Of a stretch of DNA of 64,000 nucleotides, positions 38,369 through 49,377 are shown one piece after another. The stretch is from Nitrosopumilus sp. (GTDB taxonomy: Archaea; Thermoproteota; Nitrososphaeria; Nitrososphaerales; Nitrosopumilaceae): NCBI GenBank assembly GCA_965218695.1, contig OZ244651.1, forward strand, positions 96,001 to 160,000, written 5' to 3'. The notes beneath the pieces were generated by a model. That model saw only the letters and a list, made by a program, of their open reading frames with translations, made no database searches and had not been told where the DNA came from. The translations under genes and the position numbers were made by a program. Position 1 is the first letter of the stretch, and each line of letters starts with the position of its first letter.

Positions 38369-41300
38369 ATGTGCTGCCTCATATCCATATTGAAAATACA
38401 CTCGTTCATGATTCTTGGAATGCTTGTAGCATGCATGGTGGCATTTGATGCACATGCACAGGAGTCTGATGCGGGACTGTCCGGAGAGGTTCGGATCGGC
38501 TCCCTCATGCCGATCACAGGCGAGCTTGAAGCACTCGGACTGGAGTTTCAAGCAGCAGAAGTCCTTGCAGCACGCGACTTTAACCAGTATCTGACTGACA
38601 AGAATGCAGACTGGTCACTCAAACTGATCCATGAGGACACGCAGTCGCTTCCCACAGTTACCTTGGAGAAACTGGAGTTGCTGCACGCCCAGGGAATAAC
38701 ATCCGTTCTGGGGCCGCTGGACAGTGCTAGCCTGCAGTATTCACGCGGATACATCGACTCCAACCAGATACTGGCTGTCAGCTGCTGCTCCACGTCTTCT
38801 CTCCTTGCAATTCCCGACGACACCATCTTTAGGATGTCTGCAGACGACTCAGGCGGGAGCGTCGTGATGGCCAATCTTCTTGGCCATGCCGGAATCGATG
38901 TCATGATACCGGTATGGAGGGCTGACACGTGGGGAGTAGCATACGAGGACAGCATGCGGCAGCTGTTTGTAGCAGGAGGCGGCATTGTTGATGAAGGGGT
39001 AAGGTATGATCCCGGCGAGACTGATTTTTCAGACTCCACATCACTCTTGGCACAAAGGGTGCAGGTGTATGTGGACGAGTACGGATCACACAATGTGGCC
39101 ATATTCTACATGGGATTCGGTGAACTTGTTCCGTTTATCCTGCATTCATCAGACCATGACATCCTTGATGATATCAGGTGGTTTGCAGCTGATCCCAACG
39201 TCCAAAACCCCGAACTTGTCTCGGACGCTGGAATACTCCGGTTTGTGACTGATACCGATTTTACAACACTTCAGGCCACATCAGGCAAAAACGAGGTCAG
39301 CCGGCATGTGCATGACACACTGCTTGCCGAACTTGGCATGGAACCAATCATATTTTCAAGTGCTGCATACGACTCGGTCTGGATTACAGGCCTTGCGATG
39401 GAGATGACACAGAGTACTGATGTTGCACTGCTGCGTGATGCAATTCCCGTGGTTGCACGGGAGCATGTGGGCGCACTGGGGTCCATACGCCTCAATGATG
39501 CAGGAGATCTGGCCCATGTAAACTACGACATCTGGACCATAGCAGACGGCCAGTGGGTCATGTCAGGTTCCTATTATCCGTTCAATAACGAGTTTGTGTT
39601 TTCTGATGCTACGGCCGGATTACCTGCAGATGACCGGATCACGATAGGGGGAATACTTCCAATTACAGGCGATGCGTCAATCAGCGGCGAACAGCTGGAT
39701 GTGGCAGTGGAATACGCCGAGGTCCGATTCAACGAATACCTGCAGGAAAACGGCATTGACTGGACCCTGCATGTGGTGATATCTGACAGTACAACTGATC
39801 CTGGAACCGCGCTGGAGAGGCTTGCCACGTATCATGAAAACGGAATCAGCACCGTGGTGGGACCGTATTCCAGTGCGGAACTGGCAGCAATGAAGGACTA
39901 TGCAGACTCCAACGGGATGATACTGGTGAGTCCCGGCTCTACTGCCCCGTCCCTTGCGATTCCAGACGACAGCATCTTCCGTCTCGTTCCAGACGACACG
40001 CAGAACGGAGACGTGTTTGCAAAACTCTTTGAGGCAAAAGGGATTACAAACGTGATTCCGATATGGAGGGGCGACACTTGGGGCGACGGGCTGGTACAGG
40101 TTGTCCGGGAGTCGTTTGCCGAACTCGGGGGGAGTGTGGACGACGGGGTAAGGTATGATCCGCGCACGGATGACTTTTCAGAAGACGTATCGATGCTTTC
40201 TGAAATTGTCCGGCGCCACACGGATGACGGGAACGAAGGCAAGACTGCAGTCCTTGCCTTGGGTTTCCAGGAGATAGTGCCGCTGATTCACGCAGCATTA
40301 CTCCATGACAACCTTGATGACGTGGTCTGGTTTGTCCATTCTGGAACACTGCCTGCAGATGAACTGATTGGCCATTCTGCCACTGCAGACTTTATGCGGA
40401 CAGTCATGATGACTGGTCCGCAATTTGAACCCGTGCCGAATCCCGTACTGGATCAAATAAACGCCGCCGTGTCAGACAGCACCGGACGCACCCCAATAGT
40501 GTATGTGGCAGGTGCATATGATGCCGTATGGCTGCTGGGACTTTCAATACTTGCATCCGGTTCTGCTGACACTGCAGCAATTCTTGAGGCCATGCCCGGC
40601 GTACTGGACGGGTATGACGGGGCGCTCGGGAACGTATCCCTCAACGGGGCAGGCGACCTGGAGAGAACCAACTACGGCATATACCACATTCAGGATTCTG
40701 CATGGGACAGGTTTGGCCAATATGATGGGGCCACCAATACAATCACCCTGACCGATGACAAAGCAGCCATGTCCGGTACGTATGATCCGTCAGCCACAGG
40801 CCTGGTCACCATAGGGGGGATACTTCCCCTTACAGGAGATGGCTTCCTGGACGGCCTGCAGCTAAAGGTCGCAACAGAATACGCCGAGGACAGGTTCAAC
40901 CAATACCTGCAGGAGAACAGCGTAGGCTGGACCCTGGACGTGGTGCTGGCAGACAGCCAAACTAGTCCTGAAACCGCATTAGAGCAGCTTGTCAGGCATC
41001 ATGAAAATGGCGTCAACTTCGTGGTGGGAGGGTATTACAGTTCGGAACTGGCAGTAATGAAGGACTATGCAGACTCAAACGGGATGATACTGGTGAGTCC
41101 CGGCTCTACTGCCCCGTCCCTTGCGATTCCAGACGACAGCATCTTCCGTCTCGTTCCAGACGACACGCAGAACGGAGACGTGTTTGCAAAACTCTTTGAG
41201 GCAAAAGGGATTACAAACGTGATTCCGATATGGAGGGGCGACACTTGGGGCGACGGGCTGGTACAGGTTGTCCGGGAGTCGTTTGCCGAACTCGGAGGGA

Positions 41301-42334
41301 GTGTGGACGACGGGGTAAGGTATGATCCGAACACGGAAGACTTTTCAGAAGCGACATCAGTACTTTCAGAGATTGTCCGGCGCCACGCAGACGACAGCGA
41401 AAGGACTGCAGTCCTTGCCCTGAGTTTCCAGGAGATAGTGCCGCTGATCCAGGCAGCATTACTCCATGACAACCTTGATGACGTTGTCTGGTTTAGCGGT
41501 ACAACGCCTACAGACCACGAGACAGACGATCCTGCCGTAGATGACTTTGTTCACACAGTAATGCTATCCGGTCCGCGGTATGAACTTCTGCCAAACCCCA
41601 CGCTTGATCAGGTAAATGCTGTCGTATCCGATGCCACCGGACAGATCCCGCTTGTATATACGGCAAGCGCATATGATGCCGTATGGATACTGGGACTTTC
41701 GGTACTGGCATCAAATTCTACTGATGCTGCTGCGGTTCTTGAGGCCATGCCCGGCGTACTGGACGGGTATGACGGGGCGCTCGGGAACGTATCCCTCAAC
41801 GAGGCAGGCGACCTTGCAAGTATCAACTATGGAATATACCAGTTCAGGGACTCTGCATGGCATTCTCTGGGATCCTATGACGTAGCCACAGATACAATTG
41901 TTGTTACCTTCACTGATGATAATCCTCCAGAGACCGGCCAGGGCGGCGGGTGCCTGATTGCAACTGCCGCATACGGCAGCGAACTGGCACCCAACGTCCA
42001 GATGCTGCGTGAGATCCGCGACGGCACGCTGCTATCCACCGCATCGGGCACGTCATTTGTGACTGGATTCAACCATGCGTACTATTCATTTTCGCCTGCC
42101 ATTGCAGATCTCGAAAGGGAGAACCCTGCATTCCGGGATGCGGTAAGGATAATGATCACGCCAGGCGTGCATGTGCTTGGCATAATGACGCTTGCAGATC
42201 CCGGCTCCGAGGCATCCGTACTGGCATTTGGGCTGCTCTCGATCGGTGCAGTGGCAGGAATCTATTTGGTGGGACCGGCCGTGGCAATACGTACCGTTCG
42301 CAGAAGAATAATGGCGTCCTCTCGAGGAGGGTAA
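38369..42334 (+). CDS. Surface protein with three tandem type-1 (LIV/ANF receptor-like) ligand-binding domains and a CFI-box-CTERM-type anchor
   Basis: Three IG..LP.TG...S.A.SL...FR...AYDAV...LN.AGD repeats; C-terminal GGGCLIATAAYGSE motif plus TM; start likely near 38408. Confidence 0.88.
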   Translation: MCCLISILKIHSFMILGMLVACMVAFDAHAQESDAGLSGEVRIGSLMPITGELEALGLEFQAAEVLAARDFNQYLTDKNADWSLKLIHEDTQSLPTVTLEKLELLHAQGITSVLGPLDSASLQYSRGYIDSNQILAVSCCSTSSLLAIPDDTIFRMSADDSGGSVVMANLLGHAGIDVMIPVWRADTWGVAYEDSMRQLFVAGGGIVDEGVRYDPGETDFSDSTSLLAQRVQVYVDEYGSHNVAIFYMGFGELVPFILHSSDHDILDDIRWFAADPNVQNPELVSDAGILRFVTDTDFTTLQATSGKNEVSRHVHDTLLAELGMEPIIFSSAAYDSVWITGLAMEMTQSTDVALLRDAIPVVAREHVGALGSIRLNDAGDLAHVNYDIWTIADGQWVMSGSYYPFNNEFVFSDATAGLPADDRITIGGILPITGDASISGEQLDVAVEYAEVRFNEYLQENGIDWTLHVVISDSTTDPGTALERLATYHENGISTVVGPYSSAELAAMKDYADSNGMILVSPGSTAPSLAIPDDSIFRLVPDDTQNGDVFAKLFEAKGITNVIPIWRGDTWGDGLVQVVRESFAELGGSVDDGVRYDPRTDDFSEDVSMLSEIVRRHTDDGNEGKTAVLALGFQEIVPLIHAALLHDNLDDVVWFVHSGTLPADELIGHSATADFMRTVMMTGPQFEPVPNPVLDQINAAVSDSTGRTPIVYVAGAYDAVWLLGLSILASGSADTAAILEAMPGVLDGYDGALGNVSLNGAGDLERTNYGIYHIQDSAWDRFGQYDGATNTITLTDDKAAMSGTYDPSATGLVTIGGILPLTGDGFLDGLQLKVATEYAEDRFNQYLQENSVGWTLDVVLADSQTSPETALEQLVRHHENGVNFVVGGYYSSELAVMKDYADSNGMILVSPGSTAPSLAIPDDSIFRLVPDDTQNGDVFAKLFEAKGITNVIPIWRGDTWGDGLVQVVRESFAELGGSVDDGVRYDPNTEDFSEATSVLSEIVRRHADDSERTAVLALSFQEIVPLIQAALLHDNLDDVVWFSGTTPTDHETDDPAVDDFVHTVMLSGPRYELLPNPTLDQVNAVVSDATGQIPLVYTASAYDAVWILGLSVLASNSTDAAAVLEAMPGVLDGYDGALGNVSLNEAGDLASINYGIYQFRDSAWHSLGSYDVATDTIVVTFTDDNPPETGQGGGCLIATAAYGSELAPNVQMLREIRDGTLLSTASGTSFVTGFNHAYYSFSPAIADLERENPAFRDAVRIMITPGVHVLGIMTLADPGSEASVLAFGLLSIGAVAGIYLVGPAVAIRTVRRRIMASSRGG

Positions 42335-42374
42335 TCTAGGGCATTGCCACCCGAATGCAACTATTAAATTCAGG

Positions 42375-44654
42375 ATGGGCCAAGCCAATCCTGTGAAGAT
42401 TGACACTACGCCGGAGTTTGTCTCTGGAGTTTATCAGAAATTAAGAAAAAACGTTGCCCGGTATCGCGATGTGGTCAAAAGGCCGCTCACGCTTGCAGAG
42501 AAGATACTGACAGGGCACCTTGACGTGATGGGCAATGGTGTCCCTGTGGGCGGACGAGACTATGTCCTTCTCAGGCCGGATCGAGTCGCGCTGCAGGACG
42601 TGACAGGCCAAATGGTCATGCTTCAGTTCATGCAGGCAGGACTGGACACGGCTGCCCTGCCAACCACGATGCACTGTGATCATCTAATCCGAGCAGAGGT
42701 TCGAGGGGACGTGGACATGAAGGTATCCCTTGACGAGAACAGCGAGGTCTTTAGATTTTTACAGTCGGCTGCTGCAAGATACGGGTGCGGATTCTGGAGG
42801 CCGGGGGCAGGAATCATACACCAGGTGGTTTTGGAAAACTATGCATTTCCTGGAGGACTGATGATTGGAACCGACTCGCACACACCCAATGCCGGAGGCC
42901 TTGGCATGGTTGCAATCGGGGTCGGCGGTCTTGACGCAGCCGAGACCATGGCCGACATGCCATGGGAGCTGCTGTACCCAAAAATAATCGGAGTCAGACT
43001 GACTGGCAGGCTCAACGGTTGGACTGCTCCCAAGGACGTAATATTGAAGGTTGCCGAGGAGCTTACAGTGTCCGGAGGCACCAATGCGATAGTGGAATAT
43101 TTTGGCCCCGGAACAGAATCCATCAGCTGCACAGGCAAGGCCACCATTACAAACATGGGAGCCGAGATAGGCGCGACCTGCTCCGTATTCCCGTACGATG
43201 ACAGGATGAGGACGTATCTGAACCATACCGGCAGGGCCGGAATATCAAAACTTGCAGACTCTTACAGGGATCTGCTTGCAGCCGATCCCGAGGTGGAGCA
43301 GACACCTGAAAAATTCTTTGATCGCATTATTGAAATCGACCTGTCTGCCTTGGAGCCGCACATAGTCGGACCGCACACGCCTGATCTGGCACGCCCCATC
43401 TCGGATCTGGCACGTGATGTCCAGTCCGAGGATTACGTGGATTCGATATCGGTTGCCCTGATTGGAAGCTGCACCAACTCGTCCTACGAGGACATGTCAA
43501 GGGCCGCAAGCCTGGCAGAACAGGCAAGGGCCATGGGAGTCAAATCCAAGATCCCGCTGCTAGTCACACCAGGCTCCGAACAGATTCGGGGCACAATAGA
43601 GCGGGATGGACAGATGGAGTCCCTCAAGGAGATTGGCGCCACGGTTCTTGCAAACGCATGCGGTCCGTGCATAGGCCAGTGGAACCGGCCGGAGATTGTA
43701 GAGGATCAGAGAAACACCATAGTTACGACATTTAACCGGAACTTTCCTGGCAGAAACGACGGACGCAGGAGCACGCTGAACTTTATCGGGAGCCCTGAGA
43801 TGATAATAGCACTGTCCCTGGGAGGGAGACTCTCATTTAACCCTATGACAGATTCCCTTGTGGCCTCTGACGGCACGCAGTTCCGACTGGAGCCGCCTGC
43901 ACCGGCACCGGAGGTTCCTGATGGCGGATTCATGAGGCCCGAGGGCGTGTATGTTGCCCCGCCGGAGAACCATGAGGGAATCGATGTGATGATTGATCCT
44001 GGCAGTAGACGACTCCAGTGCTTGGAGCCGTTTCCTGCATGGGACGGAAAAGACTTTGAGGATCTCCCAATAATGGTAAAGGCCAGCGGCAAGTGCACCA
44101 CGGATCACATATCCCCTGCAGGTGCGTGGCTTTCGCTCCGGGGACATCTTGACAACCTCAGCGACAACATGCTGCTTGGGGCAGTCAATGCCTTCAACGG
44201 CAAGGTGGGTGTGGGCAAAAATACACTGAACGGCCAGACAGAGCCGTTTGCAGATATTGCAAGACAGTACAAGGCAAGACAGATCAGGTGGGTCATAATT
44301 GGCGATGGCAACTACGGCGAGGGGAGCAGCAGGGAGCATGCTGCAATGACTCCCAGATACCTGGGATGTGCTGCGGTAATAACAAAGAGCATGGCCAGAA
44401 TACACGAGACCAACCTCAAAAAACAGGGAGTACTGGCACTGACGTTTGCAAATCCGGATGACTATGAGAGGATTCTTCAGGATGACAGGATCACCCTGCC
44501 CGGACTTGACGGGCTGGCACCCGGCAGACAGGTCCGGTGCGTAGTTGTGCATGCAGACGATACCCGAGAGGAGATTCTGCTGAACCACTCATACAATGAG
44601 ACCCAGCTGAGATGGTTCCGGGCGGGCTCTGCCCTGAATGTCCTTCGCAGTTAG
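42375..44654 (+). CDS. acnA: Aconitate hydratase
   Basis: HCDH, GTDSHT, GSCTNSS, ANACGPCIG, TTDHISPAG and GSSREHAA motifs. Confidence 0.96.
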   Translation: MGQANPVKIDTTPEFVSGVYQKLRKNVARYRDVVKRPLTLAEKILTGHLDVMGNGVPVGGRDYVLLRPDRVALQDVTGQMVMLQFMQAGLDTAALPTTMHCDHLIRAEVRGDVDMKVSLDENSEVFRFLQSAAARYGCGFWRPGAGIIHQVVLENYAFPGGLMIGTDSHTPNAGGLGMVAIGVGGLDAAETMADMPWELLYPKIIGVRLTGRLNGWTAPKDVILKVAEELTVSGGTNAIVEYFGPGTESISCTGKATITNMGAEIGATCSVFPYDDRMRTYLNHTGRAGISKLADSYRDLLAADPEVEQTPEKFFDRIIEIDLSALEPHIVGPHTPDLARPISDLARDVQSEDYVDSISVALIGSCTNSSYEDMSRAASLAEQARAMGVKSKIPLLVTPGSEQIRGTIERDGQMESLKEIGATVLANACGPCIGQWNRPEIVEDQRNTIVTTFNRNFPGRNDGRRSTLNFIGSPEMIIALSLGGRLSFNPMTDSLVASDGTQFRLEPPAPAPEVPDGGFMRPEGVYVAPPENHEGIDVMIDPGSRRLQCLEPFPAWDGKDFEDLPIMVKASGKCTTDHISPAGAWLSLRGHLDNLSDNMLLGAVNAFNGKVGVGKNTLNGQTEPFADIARQYKARQIRWVIIGDGNYGEGSSREHAAMTPRYLGCAAVITKSMARIHETNLKKQGVLALTFANPDDYERILQDDRITLPGLDGLAPGRQVRCVVVHADDTREEILLNHSYNETQLRWFRAGSALNVLRS

Positions 44655-44663
44655 GATTTGACG

Positions 44664-44816
44664 TGGGGCCGACCGGAATCGAACCGGCGACCTACGGGTC
44701 ACTACAGCTCCAAACTTACATCATCCCTGAGTCAGTGCAGCTTAGCTTACCTCTGGAGCCCTTAGCGGTGATCTTATCGTAGACACTGTCGCCCTACCAG
44801 GCTAGGCTACGACCCC
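44664..44816 (-). tRNA. tRNA-Trp(CCA) with two introns (44787-44762 at 28/29; 44752-44700 at 37/38)
   Basis: Removing 26 + 53 nt gives a 74-nt cloverleaf; BHB motif at intron 1. Confidence 0.9.
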
Positions 44817-45315
44817 ACGACATATGGTGAAATGGACTTGGATTTTAACCTATTTTTGGAAGGGATTTTGCATCATCCAAACGACGCATCGGTGCTTTCC
44901 GAGAATCTTCAGGACAAGTCCCGTCCGGCCCATGCCTTTTTCCTCCTTTTGTTAGAATTAAGCCACAGTTGCTGGGACGATGATCCCCATCATAATATTC
45001 AACGCGGACGCGATTCTAACCGTGATGCGGCCCATGCGCTTTCTTCTCCGTGGGCATTATGTGCATGATGCACAACATCCTTGAGGCGGCAGCCATCGTC
45101 GCTTCTCCCCTGCCTCTCTTTTTTGCGATGCGCTTGCAAGTCTGCAATGTAGGAATCTCTTGTATGCCGCACGTGGGAATGGATGCATTCTGCAAGGATC
45201 CGGCACAGCGACTTGCCCCCCACGTCGGATTATCCGTCCCTGCTGCGCTGTTCCTGCAGGGTTTCTTGCCGACGACGAAATTCCAGGGGAGACGCGGGAA
45301 ACGTTACAGGATAAC

Positions 45316-47064
45316 ATGCCAGTTATTTACAAGTCACTGACAACCAACCCCATGGGAACCGCCCGCAATGGTGGCAGTCGGGGCAGGATGGCGCGATCAG
45401 CCAAGGTTGTCTTCTTTGCAGGCCTGCTGCTAAGCCTCAACGGCGCAGTTTTCAGCCAGGAGGCCGACGCAACCGTGTGTTCTGGCGCAACAGAGGCATT
45501 CGAGCGTCCCAAGGAGAAGGTTGCAATCGTGACTGTCACCGTCATTTCTTCCGAAGAGAAAACCTATGATCCCCCAATAGATAACTACGAATACACCATC
45601 TCAAATCAAGTGACCGCCACCTTTGCCATTGACGAGACGATTTATGGTAACGAAGGGTTTCCGCTGGAATCGGATTCCATAAGCACGATCAACTCGCATG
45701 TCAAAAAAGCCGGGGACAGGTACGTTGTCGGATACGTTCAGTACGGAGGGGGATGGGTGACTCTGGATGGCTGTTCGCCATTGGAACCCATATCGTTTGT
45801 CGAGTTTGCGGCATTCTATGAGGACCTGCTGACAAATCCCTGCGGTGCCGACATGCACTATTTGATTAAAAACTCGGATCTGGAAAAAATCTGTGTCTCG
45901 CATGACACAAGGAACAAACTGATCGAGAGGGGATTGGGATTTTTCGTTCCCAGCTTGTTCTTTCACGAATGGAAACGCATAAGCGGCGATCCCCCGCTGG
46001 ACGTCAAATCGGATGCATACAGGCCATGGAGCAAGCCGCACTGCATCAGGGCAGTGGTATCGAGTACAGGCGACTACTGCGTCCCATACTGGGTCAGTCT
46101 GTCGTGGGAGGCCAAGAAGGGCAATACCGGCATATCGATCTCAAACCTTCCGAATCTGGGAGAAACTGCGACAGTCACGGTCTCGAATACGGATCCTGCA
46201 AACATCCGCCCACCAAACCACACAGTCTACGATAATTTTCGCATAGCACTGAGCGACAACCTTGCGTTTGTCAATGCCCCCGAGTCGGGACAGACATATC
46301 GCGGTAACTCCCTCTCTCAAGATCTTCCGCCCGCCCCGGAATCATTTCGCTTGGAGACGGCGATACGCGCAGTGGACGAGGGACGCGCCACCGTTTGGGT
46401 GGACGGAAGATCCTACGGTGACGACGTAATCCATTTCAACGTCGCAAACAGGACGACTGATGGCCACCCGTTCAAAAATTTCAGGGGGGACACCGTTTTT
46501 GCAACGCTTGTCACCGACAAGCTGTATTATGCATACAGGGAACCAGTCACGGTATCTGGCCAGTTCAGCGACTATGTCGGTAGATGGATCACCTTCGGCT
46601 CGGAACTCGTCCCGATTGACTCGGAAAACAGGTTCAGCACGCAGGTGGCCGGGAACAGCCTCAGATGGCTGTCAACTGATGAGGTGTACCTCGTGCTGCG
46701 CGACCGTTACTTTGAGGGGGTAGAGCAGATAAAGATCACGGTACGCGACACCCCCCCGCCCAACCTGCATCCATCTGCCATTGCCTCTTCGCAGTCATGG
46801 GAAATAGCAGAGAATACCATGGGTACGCTGACTGGCATCGGCTCTGATCCTGACAATGATCCGCTGACGTACCTGTGGGAACAGACCCACGGCCCAGATG
46901 CGGCACTGACTAACCGTGACATGCCGATCGCCGGATTTACTGCACCGGAAGTCCCGGAAGACACCGACATCCAGTTCACCCTTACCGTGTCTGACGGACA
47001 CCTGTATGGTACAGCTAAAATCCAACTCAGAGTCACGGATTCGCCGGACACTCTCGTACAGTAA
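45316..47064 (+). CDS. Exported multi-domain protein with a C-terminal PKD/cadherin-like Ig domain
   Basis: Signal-like segment; C..LIK.SD..CV...KL.ERG motif; GSDPDNDPLTYLWEQ..FTLTVSDG; start uncertain. Confidence 0.75.
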   Translation: MPVIYKSLTTNPMGTARNGGSRGRMARSAKVVFFAGLLLSLNGAVFSQEADATVCSGATEAFERPKEKVAIVTVTVISSEEKTYDPPIDNYEYTISNQVTATFAIDETIYGNEGFPLESDSISTINSHVKKAGDRYVVGYVQYGGGWVTLDGCSPLEPISFVEFAAFYEDLLTNPCGADMHYLIKNSDLEKICVSHDTRNKLIERGLGFFVPSLFFHEWKRISGDPPLDVKSDAYRPWSKPHCIRAVVSSTGDYCVPYWVSLSWEAKKGNTGISISNLPNLGETATVTVSNTDPANIRPPNHTVYDNFRIALSDNLAFVNAPESGQTYRGNSLSQDLPPAPESFRLETAIRAVDEGRATVWVDGRSYGDDVIHFNVANRTTDGHPFKNFRGDTVFATLVTDKLYYAYREPVTVSGQFSDYVGRWITFGSELVPIDSENRFSTQVAGNSLRWLSTDEVYLVLRDRYFEGVEQIKITVRDTPPPNLHPSAIASSQSWEIAENTMGTLTGIGSDPDNDPLTYLWEQTHGPDAALTNRDMPIAGFTAPEVPEDTDIQFTLTVSDGHLYGTAKIQLRVTDSPDTLVQ

Positions 47065-47844
47065 TTCAACCCCCCGCCAATCCCACAGTAACCGGGCAGA
47101 TCATAGAAATCCTACAAAATAAGGAGAATGTATGCAGCATCACGCGTAATCATTCCTATCAAACGGCGATCAGGTTTCAGGGCATCCCTAGCCGGGACTG
47201 CAAAAACCTCGACATGGTGGTAAAAGATAATCGAACTGATCGTTCAAATCCCGCCAGCCACACCGTACCGTGTGTTCATATCCATGCAGAATATGGTATG
47301 AAATAAGTAAAATTCAGGCGTAAAACAATCTGTCTTGGCAGGCAGGATCGCAAATGTCAGGGAACGAACCGTCCATTGAAATTCCAAACAGTAAGGGAGA
47401 TACACGAACCGTTATCTGATAATAATTTTTATCATATGTGATCTGTGAATGTCTATGTTATTTTTCAATTCCAAAATATTCTTGAATTATTTCAAAACTG
47501 ATAATTCTGTGACGGTCGATTTTTTTATAAATTAAAAATGAACATTCATCACAATAAATCATGCAACAAACCGGTCCAACCATACCGAATAAAAAAATAA
47601 AATTCCCGATAATACGGAATGTAGGCATGAACCGTGGGATTTTACTGCGCTGTAGGCATACCAATACCTGAAAAAATACACAAAATGAAAATCCTCCCCA
47701 ACCCGTATACTCGCCAATAAACTGGGCGTTTGTGCTTGTAGCCATCCTCTGGCCGGACGTCGACTGCAGGCATCTCTGCTTTGAAACCGTGTGTTTTTGG
47801 CTAAGACTTATTTGCAATAACTTCCAATTCGATACTGTACATAC

Positions 47845-48378
47845 ATGGTCAAGAACATCTATCTTGCACTTGGAGCCATTCCGGTAATTGTGGCACTGCT
47901 CCTCTCGGTCCCGCTTCTGATACGCAACGAGATTCCAATCTCTGCGGCAAACTCCTTTGATAGAATCGAGATAGAGTACACCAAGCACCAGTTAAAAAAG
48001 ATCTCATACGGCGTCACCGAGAGGGTCGGGGCGCAAAAGACTGAGATTCTTCTGATCAAGGACGACGGCGCCACAAAGTACTCGGTAAACGAGGAGGGGT
48101 ACCTCCGGCCGGACATCCGGTCCACGCTTGATGATGCCCAACTTGACAGGATTAAGGCCCTGATAAAGGAGACCGGATTCATGTCCATCCCATCCGAGTC
48201 CTTTGAGGTGCCAGAGAATGTAACCGAATACCAAAAATCCAACGTAAAGGTCACGCTTAACGGCAGGGTCAACCAGATCTTCTGGCCGGAACAGGAAGTC
48301 ACGCCGGACTTTATACCGCCACTCATCACCATGGTCGAAGCCGAACTCGATCAGATAATATTCGATATTCGTGAATAG
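47845..48378 (+). CDS. Membrane-anchored hypothetical protein
   Basis: N-terminal TM, 177 aa, upstream of pdxS. Confidence 0.75.
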   Translation: MVKNIYLALGAIPVIVALLLSVPLLIRNEIPISAANSFDRIEIEYTKHQLKKISYGVTERVGAQKTEILLIKDDGATKYSVNEEGYLRPDIRSTLDDAQLDRIKALIKETGFMSIPSESFEVPENVTEYQKSNVKVTLNGRVNQIFWPEQEVTPDFIPPLITMVEAELDQIIFDIRE

Positions 48379-48408
48379 GTACAAATAGCCTTGAATGAAA
48401 ATCATGGC

Positions 48409-49377
48409 ATGATTTCACTGTCCGGTCAGCGCAATGACGCCCGGGGAATTGTCTCTGAAAAGAGGGGCACCTACGATGTTACACGCGGCTCGTCTGTACT
48501 CAAGCGCGGCTTTGCCCACATGCTAAAGAACGGGGTGGTGATGGATGTCACCTCGGTCCAGCAGGCGCAGATAGCAGAGGATGCAGGGGCAGTATCTGTC
48601 ATGGTACTTGACAAGCTTCCATCCGATGTCAGAAAGGCAGGCGGCGTTGCAAGGACTGCAAGCGTAAAGGTAATTCAGGATATTATGAACTCTGTCACCA
48701 TTCCGGTAATGGCCAAGTGCAGGATAGGACATGTCAGCGAGGCACAGGTGCTGCAGGCATGCGATGTTGATATGATAGACGAATCCGAGGTCCTGACTCC
48801 CGCAGACGAGATGCACCACATCTGGAAGTGGGACTTTACAACCCCCTTTGTAAACGGCGCAAGATCCCTCGGAGAGGCGCTGCGCCGTATCGAAGAGGGG
48901 GCAGCAATGATAAGGACAAAGGGCGAGCCCGGGACGGGAAACGTGGCAGAGGCCATCACGCACATCAAGAAGGTAAATGACGAGCTCCGCCTGATATCCT
49001 CGGTGTACGATTCCGGCGACGATCAGGAGCTGGTCCGGATGGCAAGGGAGTTTCACGTATCATACGACATTGTAGAGCATACTGCAATGCTTCAGAGGCT
49101 GCCGGTGGTAAACTTTGCAGCAGGAGGAATCGCAACCCCTGCTGATGCTGCATATCTGATGTCGCTTGGATGCGACGGAATCTTTGTAGGCTCAGGAATC
49201 TTCAACTCTTCGGATGCCCCGCAGAGGGCCAAGGCAATAGTGCTGGCCGCCACCTTCTGGGATGATCCGGATCGTGTAATGGAGGCCCAACAGATGATTG
49301 ATGAAAGGGAGTCCATGCTGGGACTGGATGTAAACGCGTTGGACCTGCGGATGCAGGAACGAGGAGGCATGGCATGA
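48409..49377 (+). CDS. pdxS: PLP synthase subunit PdxS
   Basis: [26 protein letters not shown] and [13 protein letters not shown] motifs. Confidence 0.97.
   Translation: MISLSGQRNDARGIVSEKRGTYDVTRGSSVLKRGFAHMLKNGVVMDVTSVQQAQIAEDAGAVSVMVLDKLPSDVRKAGGVARTASVKVIQDIMNSVTIPVMAKCRIGHVSEAQVLQACDVDMIDESEVLTPADEMHHIWKWDFTTPFVNGARSLGEALRRIEEGAAMIRTKGEPGTGNVAEAITHIKKVNDELRLISSVYDSGDDQELVRMAREFHVSYDIVEHTAMLQRLPVVNFAAGGIATPADAAYLMSLGCDGIFVGSGIFNSSDAPQRAKAIVLAATFWDDPDRVMEAQQMIDERESMLGLDVNALDLRMQERGGMA

Noticed and set aside
39895-41805. Diversity-generating retroelement TR/VR pair
   Set aside because: No reverse transcriptase in the window; both copies are coding parts of one ORF and the differences are not adenine-specific
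47170-47264. Complete intron-containing tRNA-Cys (CTGCAA loop)
   Set aside because: No acceptor or D stem can be built; only the 3' fragment is retained as a finding
47458-47988. 176-aa minus-strand ORF
   Set aside because: Overlaps a better-supported plus-strand gene and has no recognisable motif
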